DNA from: Candidatus Peregrinibacteria bacterium CG11_big_fil_rev_8_21_14_0_20_46_8
GTDB lineage: Bacteria; Patescibacteriota; Gracilibacteria; UBA1369; UM-FILTER-53-11
Assembly (NCBI GenBank): GCA_002796025.1
Contig: PCVQ01000003.1
Span: 2,238 to 66,237, forward strand
DNA: 64,000 nucleotides
Direction: 5' to 3'
In this document: positions 7,446-17,148 of the stretch, piece by piece
How the letters are laid out: every line of letters starts with the position of its first letter
How positions within the stretch are numbered: the stretch's first letter is position 1
Made by a program: the position numbers and the translations under genes
Notes under the pieces: generated by a model
Seen by the model: the letters and a program-made list of their open reading frames with translations, nothing else
Databases searched by the model: none
What the model was told of the DNA's origin: nothing

Positions 7446-7877
7446 ATGAACTGTACTCTTAACTTATTCACCAATATGCAACTTAAAAAGACCCTCAAGC
7501 AGTTCGCTTTAGTTACTGGTCTCTCAGCACTCGCATTGTTACTCTTCAATGCACTAGGTGCTGATCTCGCATTTGCGCAAGCAATTGCACCGGAAGATCA
7601 ACCGGGTATTATCAGTCAGCTTTCTGGCGGCCAAACCGGTCTCCGCGGTATTGCACTCACTATTGTGAACTTCTTCCTCACCTTCTTAGGGCTTCTAGCG
7701 GTAATTATGATTATTTACGGAGGCTTCCTCTATGTAGGTTCAGCAGGCAATGAGGAGAACGTGAATAAGGCTAAGAAGATCCTGATGTATGCAGCGATCG
7801 GTATTCTTGTGATTATCGTCTCGTTCGCCTTCGTCAATACGATCCTTGGCGCTGCTACGGTGGAGCGTCCTACATAG
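7446..7877 (+). CDS. small secreted two-TM protein with VirB2/TrbC-like (T4SS pilin-like) topology
   Basis: Signal peptide ending AFAQA, then two hydrophobic helices flanking GSAGNEENVNKAKKIL. The likely true start is the MQLKK Met at 7476. Confidence 0.6.
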   Translation: MNCTLNLFTNMQLKKTLKQFALVTGLSALALLLFNALGADLAFAQAIAPEDQPGIISQLSGGQTGLRGIALTIVNFFLTFLGLLAVIMIIYGGFLYVGSAGNEENVNKAKKILMYAAIGILVIIVSFAFVNTILGAATVERPT

Positions 7878-7883
7878 GATCTC

Positions 7884-8402
7884 TTAAACAACTATCGCAG
7901 AGGAGGGGGCCACGGCCTCCTCTTTTGTTTGTATCGTTTCCAGCTCCTTTACAATTATCGTTTCCTTCCGTATCTCAACAATTTTATGTGCACTAATTAT
8001 CTTTTCTTGAAATTTTAAAAAAAGAAAAAGTTTTGCTACCGAAATTGAACTGAGTTGCATTTGTTTAGTATCGATCGAGTAATCGATAACTCGACCAAGA
8101 TATATTCCAGTCGTTTCTCCGATAACCCGTGCACCGATAAGGTGCACTTGCATCTGTTGGATTGCTTGAAGACGAAGGAGATCTTCTGGCGGTACGATAT
8201 TATCGGCATCGCCGATATAGAGTGCGTTGCCAAGACGCTCAACGTCCATGGCCGCGAGGGCGCGATTCTTTCCAAGAATAAATCCAACTACTTTCCCTTT
8301 TTTTTCAGGGTCAATAATAACATCGCGGACAGTAGCGACCGGACGCCGATTATGAGGTTCAATAACAGGCATTCCAATTAATTCAGAAAAGAGAAGTTGC
8401 AT
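7884..8402 (-). CDS. PRC-barrel domain protein (two repeats)
   Basis: Motifs such as LIGMPVIEPHN...VATVRDVIIDPEKKGKVVGFIL, with a second LIGARVIGETTG...VIDYSID repeat. Confidence 0.7.
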   Translation of the reverse strand: MQLLFSELIGMPVIEPHNRRPVATVRDVIIDPEKKGKVVGFILGKNRALAAMDVERLGNALYIGDADNIVPPEDLLRLQAIQQMQVHLIGARVIGETTGIYLGRVIDYSIDTKQMQLSSISVAKLFLFLKFQEKIISAHKIVEIRKETIIVKELETIQTKEEAVAPSSAIVV

Positions 8403-8446
8403 AAGACCATGATACCACTATAATGCTCCAGGTTTAGTTTCTTCAT

Positions 8447-8523
8447 CGGGGTGTGGCGCAGTTGGCTAGCGCGCTTGGTTTGGGACCAAGAGGCCCTGGG
8501 TTCGAGTCCCAGCACCCCGACCA
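8447..8523 (+). tRNA. tRNA-Pro (TGG), CCA encoded
   Basis: Acceptor CGGGGTG/CACCCCG, anticodon stem CTTGG/CCAAG with loop TTTGGGA, T-loop GGTTCGAGTCC; 77 nt. Confidence 0.9.
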
Positions 8524-9126
8524 TCAAGAAACCTTCTTTGCTCGGTAACGAATAATAAATAGCGCAATAAGCGCTCCTATTAGGTTTGCAATAAGATCAA
8601 GTGAGGTATTTACATAACCACCGACACCGTTCTCGGGAACGAGCACCGTAGCAATAAATTCAAAAATTTCATTGAGTGAGCCGAGCCCTGCTCCGGACAT
8701 AACCAGAATAAAAGAGAGACGTTTTGTTCCAAGCGCTTCTTTGTGCATTAAAGGTCTCATGAGTTCATACATTAATAACGTGGCCGTAGCGAATCCAAAA
8801 ATATGTACCACTTGGTCATATTTTAGGATTTCATAAGAGGTGGAAAGCGGTATGAGTATTTTGCTGTAGAGCACATCGTCCCCCACTGGAATGCCGCCTC
8901 CGGACATATGTAAAATTCCCCAAATGGTCATCCCCCACAAGGTCAGATTTGAATAACCAACTTTTTTATTTGAAATGAGAAGAAGTCCAAATATAAGAAT
9001 AATAATCCCTACATAGAGCAAGAATTCAAAATCTAATCGTGTCAAAAAAAAGATTGTATAGCCTCCGATTACAAGAAGATTTACCGTAGCGATAATGCGT
9101 TGATCCTTTCTTAAATAGCGTTCCAT
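8524..9126 (-). CDS. integral membrane protein, unknown function
   Basis: About six hydrophobic helices in 200 aa. The stop codon directly abuts the tRNA-Pro 3' end. Confidence 0.7.
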   Translation of the reverse strand: MERYLRKDQRIIATVNLLVIGGYTIFFLTRLDFEFLLYVGIIILIFGLLLISNKKVGYSNLTLWGMTIWGILHMSGGGIPVGDDVLYSKILIPLSTSYEILKYDQVVHIFGFATATLLMYELMRPLMHKEALGTKRLSFILVMSGAGLGSLNEIFEFIATVLVPENGVGGYVNTSLDLIANLIGALIALFIIRYRAKKVS

Positions 9127-9153
9127 TAAGAATAAGCGTACACTAGAGATGCT

Positions 9154-9558
9154 ATGTTGAAAAGAATCTTCCCATTCTTGGTTATTGTTCCACTCCTGCT
9201 CGCAAGTATGGCGAGTTGTTCACAGGGGCGGCAAGTAGTGAAGCCAGATGACATTGTTTTGGTCGCTCCGTTGCCCAATAGTGTTGTAACAAGTCCGCTT
9301 GCGGTTACCGGTGAGGCGCGCGGATTTTGGTTTTTTGAGGCGAGTTTTCCCGTCCGTCTTCTTGACGGGAATGGTAATATTATGGCTGAAGTTCCAGCTC
9401 AAGCTCAAGGTGAGTGGATGACCGAGAACTTTGTGCCTTTTGCAGCAGAATTAGATTTTTCAGCGCCTGCAACATCAACAGGTACATTGGTACTTGAAAA
9501 ACAAAATGCAGCCGGATTGCCAAATCCAGAGCAGATGATTGTGCCAGTGCGCTTTTAG
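9154..9558 (+). CDS. lipoprotein with Gmad2-type immunoglobulin-like domain
   Basis: Lipobox LLASMASC. SPLAVTGEARGFWFFEASFPVRLLDGNGN...GEWMTENFVPF matches the Gmad2 pattern. Confidence 0.7.
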   Translation: MLKRIFPFLVIVPLLLASMASCSQGRQVVKPDDIVLVAPLPNSVVTSPLAVTGEARGFWFFEASFPVRLLDGNGNIMAEVPAQAQGEWMTENFVPFAAELDFSAPATSTGTLVLEKQNAAGLPNPEQMIVPVRF

Positions 9559-9575
9559 CAATTTTAGACGGTTTC

Positions 9576-10025
9576 TTATTTTAAGCTTTGGCCTACCAAT
9601 TTACTCACAGCAGTGCCATCGGCGCGGCCTTTCACTTTACCCATTACCGCCCCCATTACCTTGCCGAAGTCGGCTTTTGACGTAGCTCCAGTGTTTTTGA
9701 TGACCTCATCTACCACTTTTTTAAGTTCTTCTTCGCTCATCTGTTCTGGCATGTAGCTTTTGAGTATCTCCATCTCTGCTTCTTCTTGTGCGGCCATATC
9801 ATGCTTTCCGCCCTTCGCAAAGGCTTCCATTGCATCTTTACGTTGTTTAATTTCCTTTTGGATAATAGACTGAATAGTCTCATCATCAGCCTCTTTTTTT
9901 TGACTACCCGAAACTTCATATTTCATAACCGCTGCTTTTAACATGCGCAATGTGGATACCCGAACTTCATCTTTAGCTTTCATTGCTGCAGCTAAGTCGG
10001 CGGTAAGTTGGTCTCTCAGTGTCAT
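9576..10025 (-). CDS. yqeY: GatB/YqeY domain protein
   Basis: LTADLAAAMKAKDEVRVSTLRMLKAAV...KQRKDA...GRADG pattern and a 149-aa size. Confidence 0.9.
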   Translation of the reverse strand: MTLRDQLTADLAAAMKAKDEVRVSTLRMLKAAVMKYEVSGSQKKEADDETIQSIIQKEIKQRKDAMEAFAKGGKHDMAAQEEAEMEILKSYMPEQMSEEELKKVVDEVIKNTGATSKADFGKVMGAVMGKVKGRADGTAVSKLVGQSLK

Positions 10026-10048
10026 AAAAATGATATTAATAATAGAAT

Positions 10049-12718
10049 CTAACGCAGTGCCGCTTGAGCGGCAGCAAGGCGGGCAATTGGTAAGCGGAAT
10101 GGCGAACAGCTTACATAGTTCAGCCCTATTTCATGACAAAATTCGACGGACTTTGGCTCGCCGCCATGTTCGCCGCAAATACCCATTTCAAAATCTGTTT
10201 TTTTACTCCGCGCCAGTCGAATACAGAGCTTCATAAGCTCCCCTACTCCTTTGCGATCTATCGATTCTGTAGGATCTCTTTCAAGAATTCCTGCCTGTAG
10301 GTATTCCTGCATAAATTTACCGGCATCATCTCGCGAGAATCCGAAAGTGGTCTGGGTAAGATCGTTCGTGCCGAATGAAAAGAAGTCCGCATGCTCACAT
10401 ATCTCGTCCGCAGTGAGGCATGCACGTGGAAGTTCGATCATTGTGCCTATTTTTATTTTGAAAGTAATCTTTCCATGATATTCAGAGATTACTTTTTCAA
10501 CAAGCCGCCGCATTTTTTCGAGCTCACTTGCACTTCCAACAAGAGGAATTTCAATTTCGGCAATTACCTTAGTTCCTTTTTTGGTTGCTGCGATTCCCGC
10601 TTCTACTATTGCTCGCGTTTGCATCTCATATATTTCAGGGTACGTAATCCCAAGACGGCATCCGCGATGACCTAGCATTGGATTAATTTCGTGCAGACGT
10701 TCGGCCGCATCTATTATTTTTTTTGGCGAGAGTTTCATGAGTGTTGCTAGTTCGGCAACTTGTTTTTTCGTAGTTGGTAAAAATTCATGAAGAGGCGGAT
10801 CGAGTAAACGGATAGTCACTGGGTAGCCGCTCATTGCATTGAAAATTGCGGCAAAATCTTTCCGCTGAAATGGCAAAAGTTTTGCCAGTGCTTTACGCCG
10901 TCCTGCCTCACTGGATGCAAGAATCATTTCGCGCATTGATATGATTCTATCTTCTTCAAAGAACATATGTTCCGTTCTGCAAAGGCCAATGCCCTCGGCC
11001 CCAAATTCCCGTGCGCGTTTTGCATCAGTTGGGGTGTCGGCATTGGTACGCACCTGCATAGTTCTATATTTATCTGCCCATTTCATAAATTCTACAAATA
11101 GCGCAGACATCTTTGGCAGTTCGAGAGGGGCAGCATCTTTAAATACTTCTCCGGTTGATCCGTTTAATGTAATTATTTCACCCTCTTTAATTGTCCGGTT
11201 TCCAATTTTGACTATTCGTTTTTTTGCATCGACTTCTATGCTCGCACATCCGGCTACACATGGTTTGCCCATGCCTCGACATACAACCGCTGCATGGGAA
11301 GTCATGCCGCCCATAGAGGTGAGAATACCCTGTGCAGTGTGCATTCCTTCAATGTCCTCAGGCGAGGTCTCTTTTCGAACAAGAATTACCTTCTCTCCCC
11401 GTTCGCTCCATTCAACGGCATCTTCGGCGGTAAATACAACTTTGCCAACTGCTGCACCGGGCGATGCAGGTAACCCTTGAGCAATTGCTTTGCTATGAAA
11501 TGTACTTTTTATTTGAGGATGCAGAAGTTGATCAAGCTGATTAGGATCTACCTGAAGCAGGGCATCTTTTTGACTAATCATTTTTTCTTTTACCATATCG
11601 GTCGCTATTTTAATCGCTGCCTGCGCAGTCCGTTTTCCGTTTCGCGTTTGGAGGATGAATAGTCTCCCCTTCTCTATTGTGAACTCGATATCTTGCATGT
11701 TTTTGTAATGTCTCTCGAGCTTATTTTGAATTTGTAAAAGTTGATTATACACTTTTGGCATTAACTGCTTTAGCGCTTCTATTTTTTGTGGCGTTCTAAT
11801 TCCAGCGACAACATCTTCTCCTTGAGCGTTGATGAGAAATTCACCGTAGAATTCTTTATTGCCCGTAGATGGGTTACGCGTAAAAGCAACTCCAGTACCC
11901 GAATCTTCGCCCATGTTGCCAAATGCCATACTTTGTATATTCACTGCTGTACCAAGGAGACCGGTAATCTTATTAATCCGACGGTATGCTATTGCGCGCT
12001 CATTATTCCACGATCTAAAAACTGCTTCGACTGCTAATTTAAGTTGAGTGCGAGGTTCCTTGGGAAAGTTTTTGCCAGTTTCTTTTAGGATTATTTTCTT
12101 ATATCCACTTACAATATTTTGGAGATTTTTTATACTCAAATCGGTGTCCAGCTGAACTCGAGATTTAATTTTTTCCAGTTCCAAAGTGCTTTCAAATTTT
12201 TCATGATCAATCCCCAAGACTACATCACCAAACATTTGGATAAATCTGCGGTATGCATCCCAGCAAAAGCGTGGATTATTTGTTTGGGTAATCAAACCCT
12301 CTACCGTCTCATCGTTGAGGCCAAGATTTAAGACGGTATCCATCATCCCGGGCATCGAGATCGCTGCCCCCGAGCGCACCGAAACCAAAAGCGGATTTGT
12401 TTTTGATCCAAATTCTTTCTGCATCTTCTTTTCAAGCGCCGCTAGATGTTCATCAAATTCCGCCCAGAAACCTTTTGGGTAATCATTGTTTTCACAAAAA
12501 TAGTGGCACGCTTCCGTTGTAACGGTAAATCCCGGCGGTACCGGCAATCCGATTTTAGTCATCTCTGCTAAGCCCGCACCTTTTCCTCCAAGCAATTGCT
12601 TGCTGCCCGTTTTGGCATCTTCAAACGAGTACACAAATTTTAGGAGAGAATGACGTTCATGCTGCAGTATAGTTTGCTGCCCTTTTGTTTTTTTTTGTGT
12701 AGCCACATCAGATGCCAT
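10049..12718 (-). CDS. ppdK: pyruvate, phosphate dikinase
   Basis: 889 aa. GGKGAGLAEM ATP-grasp region, phospho-His region GGMTSHAAVVCRGMG, and a PEP-utilising TIM barrel (FFSFGTNDLTQ). Confidence 0.96.
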   Translation of the reverse strand: MASDVATQKKTKGQQTILQHERHSLLKFVYSFEDAKTGSKQLLGGKGAGLAEMTKIGLPVPPGFTVTTEACHYFCENNDYPKGFWAEFDEHLAALEKKMQKEFGSKTNPLLVSVRSGAAISMPGMMDTVLNLGLNDETVEGLITQTNNPRFCWDAYRRFIQMFGDVVLGIDHEKFESTLELEKIKSRVQLDTDLSIKNLQNIVSGYKKIILKETGKNFPKEPRTQLKLAVEAVFRSWNNERAIAYRRINKITGLLGTAVNIQSMAFGNMGEDSGTGVAFTRNPSTGNKEFYGEFLINAQGEDVVAGIRTPQKIEALKQLMPKVYNQLLQIQNKLERHYKNMQDIEFTIEKGRLFILQTRNGKRTAQAAIKIATDMVKEKMISQKDALLQVDPNQLDQLLHPQIKSTFHSKAIAQGLPASPGAAVGKVVFTAEDAVEWSERGEKVILVRKETSPEDIEGMHTAQGILTSMGGMTSHAAVVCRGMGKPCVAGCASIEVDAKKRIVKIGNRTIKEGEIITLNGSTGEVFKDAAPLELPKMSALFVEFMKWADKYRTMQVRTNADTPTDAKRAREFGAEGIGLCRTEHMFFEEDRIISMREMILASSEAGRRKALAKLLPFQRKDFAAIFNAMSGYPVTIRLLDPPLHEFLPTTKKQVAELATLMKLSPKKIIDAAERLHEINPMLGHRGCRLGITYPEIYEMQTRAIVEAGIAATKKGTKVIAEIEIPLVGSASELEKMRRLVEKVISEYHGKITFKIKIGTMIELPRACLTADEICEHADFFSFGTNDLTQTTFGFSRDDAGKFMQEYLQAGILERDPTESIDRKGVGELMKLCIRLARSKKTDFEMGICGEHGGEPKSVEFCHEIGLNYVSCSPFRLPIARLAAAQAALR

Positions 12719-12731
12719 ATGAAAAATGATG

Positions 12732-14009
12732 TTAAATGGTGCCCCGAACTTTCATGAGTTCGGATAGTCGCGAAATAGCTTGTATAAATGCCGCCATACG
12801 CATTGAACAACCATGCTCTTCTTGTCTTTTGCGAACATGCTTCCAGGCTTGCTGCATAATTGCCTTTAATCGCTCTTCCACTTCCTCTTTTGGCCAGTAG
12901 TAGTTCATTTGATTCTGAACAAGTTCAAAATAACTTACCGTTACGCCGCCGGCATTTGCAAGAATGTCTGGAATTATAATTACTCCTGCCTTTTCCAAAA
13001 TCGTATCTGCCGCATCATCCACCGGGCCATTTGCAAGTTCCAAAATGTATTTTGCTTTAATTTTTGATGCATTCTTTTTTGTTATTTGATTTTCTAAAGC
13101 AGAAAGAATGAGGACATCGCAATCGAGCTCCAAAAGCTCTTCATTGCTAATTTTTGTGCATGTTGCATCTTTTGAGACATGATATTCATATTTACTGTCG
13201 GGAATGGTGCAGGCATGAAGCGAACCCTTTTGAAGTTTACATTCTTGAGCCTTTATTGGGTGTACACCTTTTTCACAAAGAATACCGCCTTTTGAATCTG
13301 AAACTGCGATAACATTGTAGCCGTGTTTATCCAAAATATTTGCTGCGTTTGCACCGGCATTACCGAAGCCTTGTATGACTACTCGGGTTTTGCCGGGTTC
13401 GAGCCCATGCTCTTGCGCGAGTGCATCGAGAATAAAGAATCCTCCTTGTGCGGTAGCTTTATCACGTCCCATAGAACCACCGAATGTAAGGGGTTTGCCG
13501 GTAACGACTCCAATGGTGTTCTTTTGTCTCACTTTTGAGTATTCGTCGGCTATCCATGCCATTATCTTTTCATTCGTATTTACATCTGGTGCCGGTACAT
13601 CAATTTCCGGCCCAATGAAAGGAGCTATACGCTGTGTATAGCCGCGCGTTAATTTTTCAAGTTCGGTTTCAGAGAGTTTTTTTGGATTTACAATAATCCC
13701 ACCCTTGCCCCCTCCGAGTGGGATACCCACGACTGCACATTTAAAACTCATCAGTGTGGCAAGTGCCTTTACCTCCTCCATATTTACTTCTTCATGATAG
13801 CGAATGCCTCCTTTATATGGCCCCGCAATGTCTGAATGCTGCACACGAAAGCCGCGGAAAATCTTTACGTTTCCATCATCCATTTTTACCGGAATGCTGA
13901 TTTCTAAAATGCGATTTGGCGAAGTGAGAACTGCTTTAATATTGCTCTCAAGCTTCATGAGCTTCGCCGCTTTCTCAATAAGCTCGAGAGTATTTTCGTA
14001 GAATGACAT
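12732..14009 (-). CDS. gdhA: Glu/Leu/Phe/Val-family glutamate dehydrogenase
   Basis: Catalytic region KGGIRYH...GGGKGGI and Rossmann motif IQGFGNAGANAA. Confidence 0.95.
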   Translation of the reverse strand: MSFYENTLELIEKAAKLMKLESNIKAVLTSPNRILEISIPVKMDDGNVKIFRGFRVQHSDIAGPYKGGIRYHEEVNMEEVKALATLMSFKCAVVGIPLGGGKGGIIVNPKKLSETELEKLTRGYTQRIAPFIGPEIDVPAPDVNTNEKIMAWIADEYSKVRQKNTIGVVTGKPLTFGGSMGRDKATAQGGFFILDALAQEHGLEPGKTRVVIQGFGNAGANAANILDKHGYNVIAVSDSKGGILCEKGVHPIKAQECKLQKGSLHACTIPDSKYEYHVSKDATCTKISNEELLELDCDVLILSALENQITKKNASKIKAKYILELANGPVDDAADTILEKAGVIIIPDILANAGGVTVSYFELVQNQMNYYWPKEEVEERLKAIMQQAWKHVRKRQEEHGCSMRMAAFIQAISRLSELMKVRGTI

Positions 14010-14029
14010 ATTGGCCCGATATTACAGCA

Positions 14030-14497
14030 TTATTTCCAGAATTGCCACCAAGTTGTTTCGGGTTCTTTGAGAAGCTTAATTTGATCCTCCAAGGTAATAA
14101 TTCGATCTTGAAAAGTCTTAATAAGGCCAAAGAAATTTGATTTATCTTGGGCATTTTGATCGACCAGCTTCTGAACGGTTTCAGTAAATTTCCCTAGTTC
14201 CGATTTAAATTCATCGCGCCATTCGTCATTGTGTAAATTTCGGTGTGGACGCTCTTGGGTATTTGTATCGTTTTGTGTAGGCGCTGCGGTCGAAGATTCC
14301 TGAGCACTTTCTTGTGCTATTGCTTCATTTTGTTTTGCAATGAATGCTTCGAGCGAATCTTTATCAATGAGGTAGTTAAATCCTTGTGGCGTTTTTTGTT
14401 GCTTAGTCCGAACTTTTTTTTGCTTAATCATACGTCTAATCGTTTGGATCGATTTGCCGGAAATTGTTGCCGCCTCATTGATATTTATAAATGACAT
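14030..14497 (-). CDS. HTH (excisionase/MerR-like) coiled-coil protein
   Basis: N-terminal NINEAATISGKSIQTIRRMIKQKKV HTH, then a coiled coil and an aromatic C-terminus WWQFWK. Confidence 0.7.
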   Translation of the reverse strand: MSFININEAATISGKSIQTIRRMIKQKKVRTKQQKTPQGFNYLIDKDSLEAFIAKQNEAIAQESAQESSTAAPTQNDTNTQERPHRNLHNDEWRDEFKSELGKFTETVQKLVDQNAQDKSNFFGLIKTFQDRIITLEDQIKLLKEPETTWWQFWK

Positions 14498-14674
14498 GAG
14501 TAGTTAAAATTTAATAATTAATAGCCGATTTTTTATATGATTAATCGAAAATGACAATTCACACAAGTTGAGTATACAAAAAAATATTGATGAATAGCTA
14601 AATGTTGTCGAGTTTTAACGAGGAAAATTCGTATAGCTGCGTTTGGTTAATTGCTGTTTGCTTACTTGGGTATT

Positions 14675-14701
14675 AAAAAAAATCGCAAAGCGATTTTTTT
14701 T
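14675..14701. terminator. bidirectional A/T-flanked hairpin downstream of tRNA-Lys
   Basis: AAAAAAAATCGC-AAA-GCGATTTTTTTT, a perfect stem flanked by A and T runs. Confidence 0.55.
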
Positions 14702-14703
14702 AA

Positions 14704-14778
14704 TGGTGGGTCAGGTGGGGATCGAACCCACGACCATCAGCTTAAAAGGCTGTTGCTCTACCACTGAGCTACTGACCC
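14704..14778 (-). tRNA. tRNA-Lys (TTT), CCA encoded
   Basis: Acceptor GGGTCAG/CTGACCC, anticodon loop CTTTTAA, T-loop GGTTCGATCC; 75 nt. Confidence 0.9.
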
Positions 14779-14862
14779 AATGTACAGAAAATTATTAGCG
14801 ATTCTGTCGGCTAAATATATAAAGTAAGTGTGCCGAAGGCGCAACCTTATTTTTAGGTTATC

Positions 14863-15447
14863 TCATCCTAATTCTTCACGCGCATGTACACTTTCATTGA
14901 AGAGGCTCGCTAGAAGAAAGGCGAGCGCTGGCATGGCGAACCAAAAATTATAGTTGTCGATCATAAGCCGAATCATTTGAGATTCTGTATATGCAGCGGC
15001 GAGTGTGTTATTTACGATGCTTATGTCCCCACTTACAAATGAGGCACCAGAAACATAAATAAGGAGTGTGCTTATGACGAGGCCGGCGCTTAAGAAGCCA
15101 AAAATTCCACTCATAATGAGGCCGATGACTCCCCCATTGTGGCGCCCCTTAATTTCAAATCCACCTTTAATAGAAAGGATGACAATTGCAACAATAAAAA
15201 TAATCACTTTTACAAAAATCATCGTTTTATCCTCACTGCCTAAGCCAAAAAATTTTAAAAAGCTTACAAATTGACTTGAGCTTAAAAGGTATTCTTTAAA
15301 AAGATTTCCCAGTCCGTCCGCAGTAAGGATCGCAATATAACTCCCAATGATTACCTTCAGGGTACTATTGCGGCCGATAATGAAGCTGTAGGCCATTATA
15401 AAGCCAAAAACCACAACTATGAAGAGATCCCAAGAAAGCTTAAGCAT
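14863..15447 (-). CDS. cvpA: CvpA-family membrane protein
   Basis: Four or five TM helices. The N-terminal WDLFIVVVFGF...IIGRNSTLKV pattern resembles the colicin V production protein family. Confidence 0.65.
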   Translation of the reverse strand: MLKLSWDLFIVVVFGFIMAYSFIIGRNSTLKVIIGSYIAILTADGLGNLFKEYLLSSSQFVSFLKFFGLGSEDKTMIFVKVIIFIVAIVILSIKGGFEIKGRHNGGVIGLIMSGIFGFLSAGLVISTLLIYVSGASFVSGDISIVNNTLAAAYTESQMIRLMIDNYNFWFAMPALAFLLASLFNESVHAREELG

Positions 15448-15494
15448 ATCTGGTGATACATTGTACCTGATTGTAAGAAATCAGCAATTATTCC

Positions 15495-16637
15495 TTATAG
15501 TATTTTTTTGAATATCCCTTTGTCTTCGGTAAGTTTTAGGTCTGATTCAGTGGCTAGCTGTCTGTATAGAAGCTCTTCTCGTTTCGACAATTTTTTCGGT
15601 ATCTCAACATGTATGAGCACATAGTGATCACCGACTATGTCTGAATTTAATTTTTTCCCACCTTTGTTTTTTATTTTAAATGTTGTGCTGGACTGTGTTC
15701 CAGCGGGAATCTTGAGTCGAACGCTTCCGTGTACTGTATCAACATCTATGGTGTCGCCCAAAACTGCCTGGAGGAGGTGGATCTTTTGTTCCGAAAAGAT
15801 ATCGGCATCTTGGCGTTGAAATTTTTTGTGTGGCTGTACATGTACATGCACATAGAGGTCTCCTGCTTCACCCCCGAATAGTCCAACGTCGCCTTTGCCG
15901 GCTACGCGAATAGTCGCGTCTGGCGGGATACCGCCGGGTATTCGAATAGTCACCTTTTCGGTTATTCGACTAGTTCCTGTGCCACGACATTTTTTGCATG
16001 GTACTTCGGGTATTCGGCCAGCACCGCTACACGTTGTGCATACCCGACGAGTAGCTATGTTGCCGAGAAAAGTTCTTTGTGTACTCGTTACCTGTCCGCT
16101 CCCCTTGCATGTGGGGCATGTAATGATTTTGGATGACCCTTCGGCTCCACTGCCCTTGCATGCTGAACATTCACCTATTCGTTCTATTTCAATAGCTTTT
16201 TCCGTGCCGAATACCGCCTCATCAAATGAGATGGTTACCCGTATCTCTCTATGGTTACCCGCTTGCTTGCGACTACCCGCTCCCCTTGCGCTTGTGAATC
16301 CTCCCCCGCCACCAAAAAATGTTTCAAAGATGTCTGCAAATCCTTCACCGAAATCACCAAATCCGCTTGGGTCGAATCCTCCGGCTCCCCCTGCACCTTG
16401 AAATGCGGCGCTTCCAAATTGATCATATGCTTTGCGCTTTTTTTCGTCAGAAAGGACTTCATAAGCGGCATTAACCTCTTTGAATTTTTTCTCTGCCTCT
16501 GGATCGCCTGTATTGCGGTCGGGATGGTATTTTTGTGCCAGTTTTCGATATGCGCGCTTAATGTCGCTGTCGGATGCTGTTCTTTCGATACCTAAAATTT
16601 TATACAAATCTTTTTCCATAGCAGAGTGATTATACAA
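15495..16637 (-). CDS. dnaJ: molecular chaperone DnaJ
   Basis: J domain (DLYKILGI...YHPDRN), a G/F region and four CxxCxGxG zinc-finger repeats. The true start is probably the MEKDLY Met at 16619. Confidence 0.96.
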   Translation of the reverse strand: MYNHSAMEKDLYKILGIERTASDSDIKRAYRKLAQKYHPDRNTGDPEAEKKFKEVNAAYEVLSDEKKRKAYDQFGSAAFQGAGGAGGFDPSGFGDFGEGFADIFETFFGGGGGFTSARGAGSRKQAGNHREIRVTISFDEAVFGTEKAIEIERIGECSACKGSGAEGSSKIITCPTCKGSGQVTSTQRTFLGNIATRRVCTTCSGAGRIPEVPCKKCRGTGTSRITEKVTIRIPGGIPPDATIRVAGKGDVGLFGGEAGDLYVHVHVQPHKKFQRQDADIFSEQKIHLLQAVLGDTIDVDTVHGSVRLKIPAGTQSSTTFKIKNKGGKKLNSDIVGDHYVLIHVEIPKKLSKREELLYRQLATESDLKLTEDKGIFKKIL

Positions 16638-16691
16638 ATTATTAGCTATTCCGCTAACGAATCTCCTGTGGTATTACTATCCGCGCCCCGA

Positions 16692-16769
16692 GGCGCTATC
16701 GTCTAGCCCGGTCTAGGACGCATCCCTCTCACGGATGAAACACGGGTTCAAATCCCGTTAGCGCTACCA
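16692..16769 (+). tRNA. tRNA-Glu (CTC), CCA encoded
   Basis: Acceptor GGCGCTA/TAGCGCT, Glu-type D arm GTCTAG..CTAGGAC, anticodon stem CATCC/GGATG with loop CTCTCAC; 78 nt. Confidence 0.87.
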
Positions 16770-16770
16770 C

Positions 16771-16801
16771 GTCTTGAAAGGCCCGAAGGGCCGATTCAAG
16801 G
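16771..16801 (+). terminator. conserved tRNA-trailer hairpin, copy 2
   Basis: GTCTTGAAAGGCCCGAAGGGCCGATTCAAGG begins 1 nt after the tRNA-Glu CCA. The core TGAAAGGCCCGAAGGGCCGATTCAAG is identical to copy 1. Confidence 0.5.
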
Positions 16802-17118
16802 TGCAATTTTTGATAATTCGGGGAAATTTTTATATTTTGTGCCGTAATAAGGCCAAATAATGTTGCCAAGTGCGCTAATTAAGATCTTTTTATGCAATTT
16901 GTTAATCTATAAAACCATAATCTTACAGATTTGTCACTTCCATTTTCGAAACGTAACATCCTCTTTTAAGTTTCAAACACTCGAAAAATGCGTGCTAAAT
17001 AATAGGGGAGTTAATCTTATCTTTTCTCCTTTATATAGATGAAAAAGTGTCAGTCTCTCACCAGTATTGCAGATCTGACACGATATTAATTCTGCACGCA
17101 TACTAACCTTATAACCGT

Positions 17119-17148
17119 TTGACTTTCCAGGTTAGCCAATGATAAATT
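17119..17148 (+). promoter_or_regulatory. candidate sigma70-type promoter for the giant SLH gene
   Basis: TTGACT (17119-17124), about an 18-nt spacer, then TG-n-TAAATT (17140-17148). This would give a 5' UTR of roughly 320 nt. Confidence 0.25.

Noticed and set aside
10941-11480. Antisense ORFs inside long genes: 10941..11480 in ppdK, 15895..16401 in dnaJ, 24435..25121 opposite the TSP3 gene, 35142..35591, 38595..38984, and the many 60-120-aa ORFs inside both giant genes
   Set aside because: All lie opposite or out of frame within ORFs that have clear family motifs. Their products are Ser/Arg/Pro/Cys-biased shadow translations.
14602-14676. 24-codon ORF (MLSSFNEENSYSCVWLIAVCLLGY) ending at the A/T-flanked hairpin next to tRNA-Lys
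   Set aside because: It has no SD and is very short, and the hairpin is better explained as the tRNA-Lys terminator. Noted only as a possible small membrane peptide.
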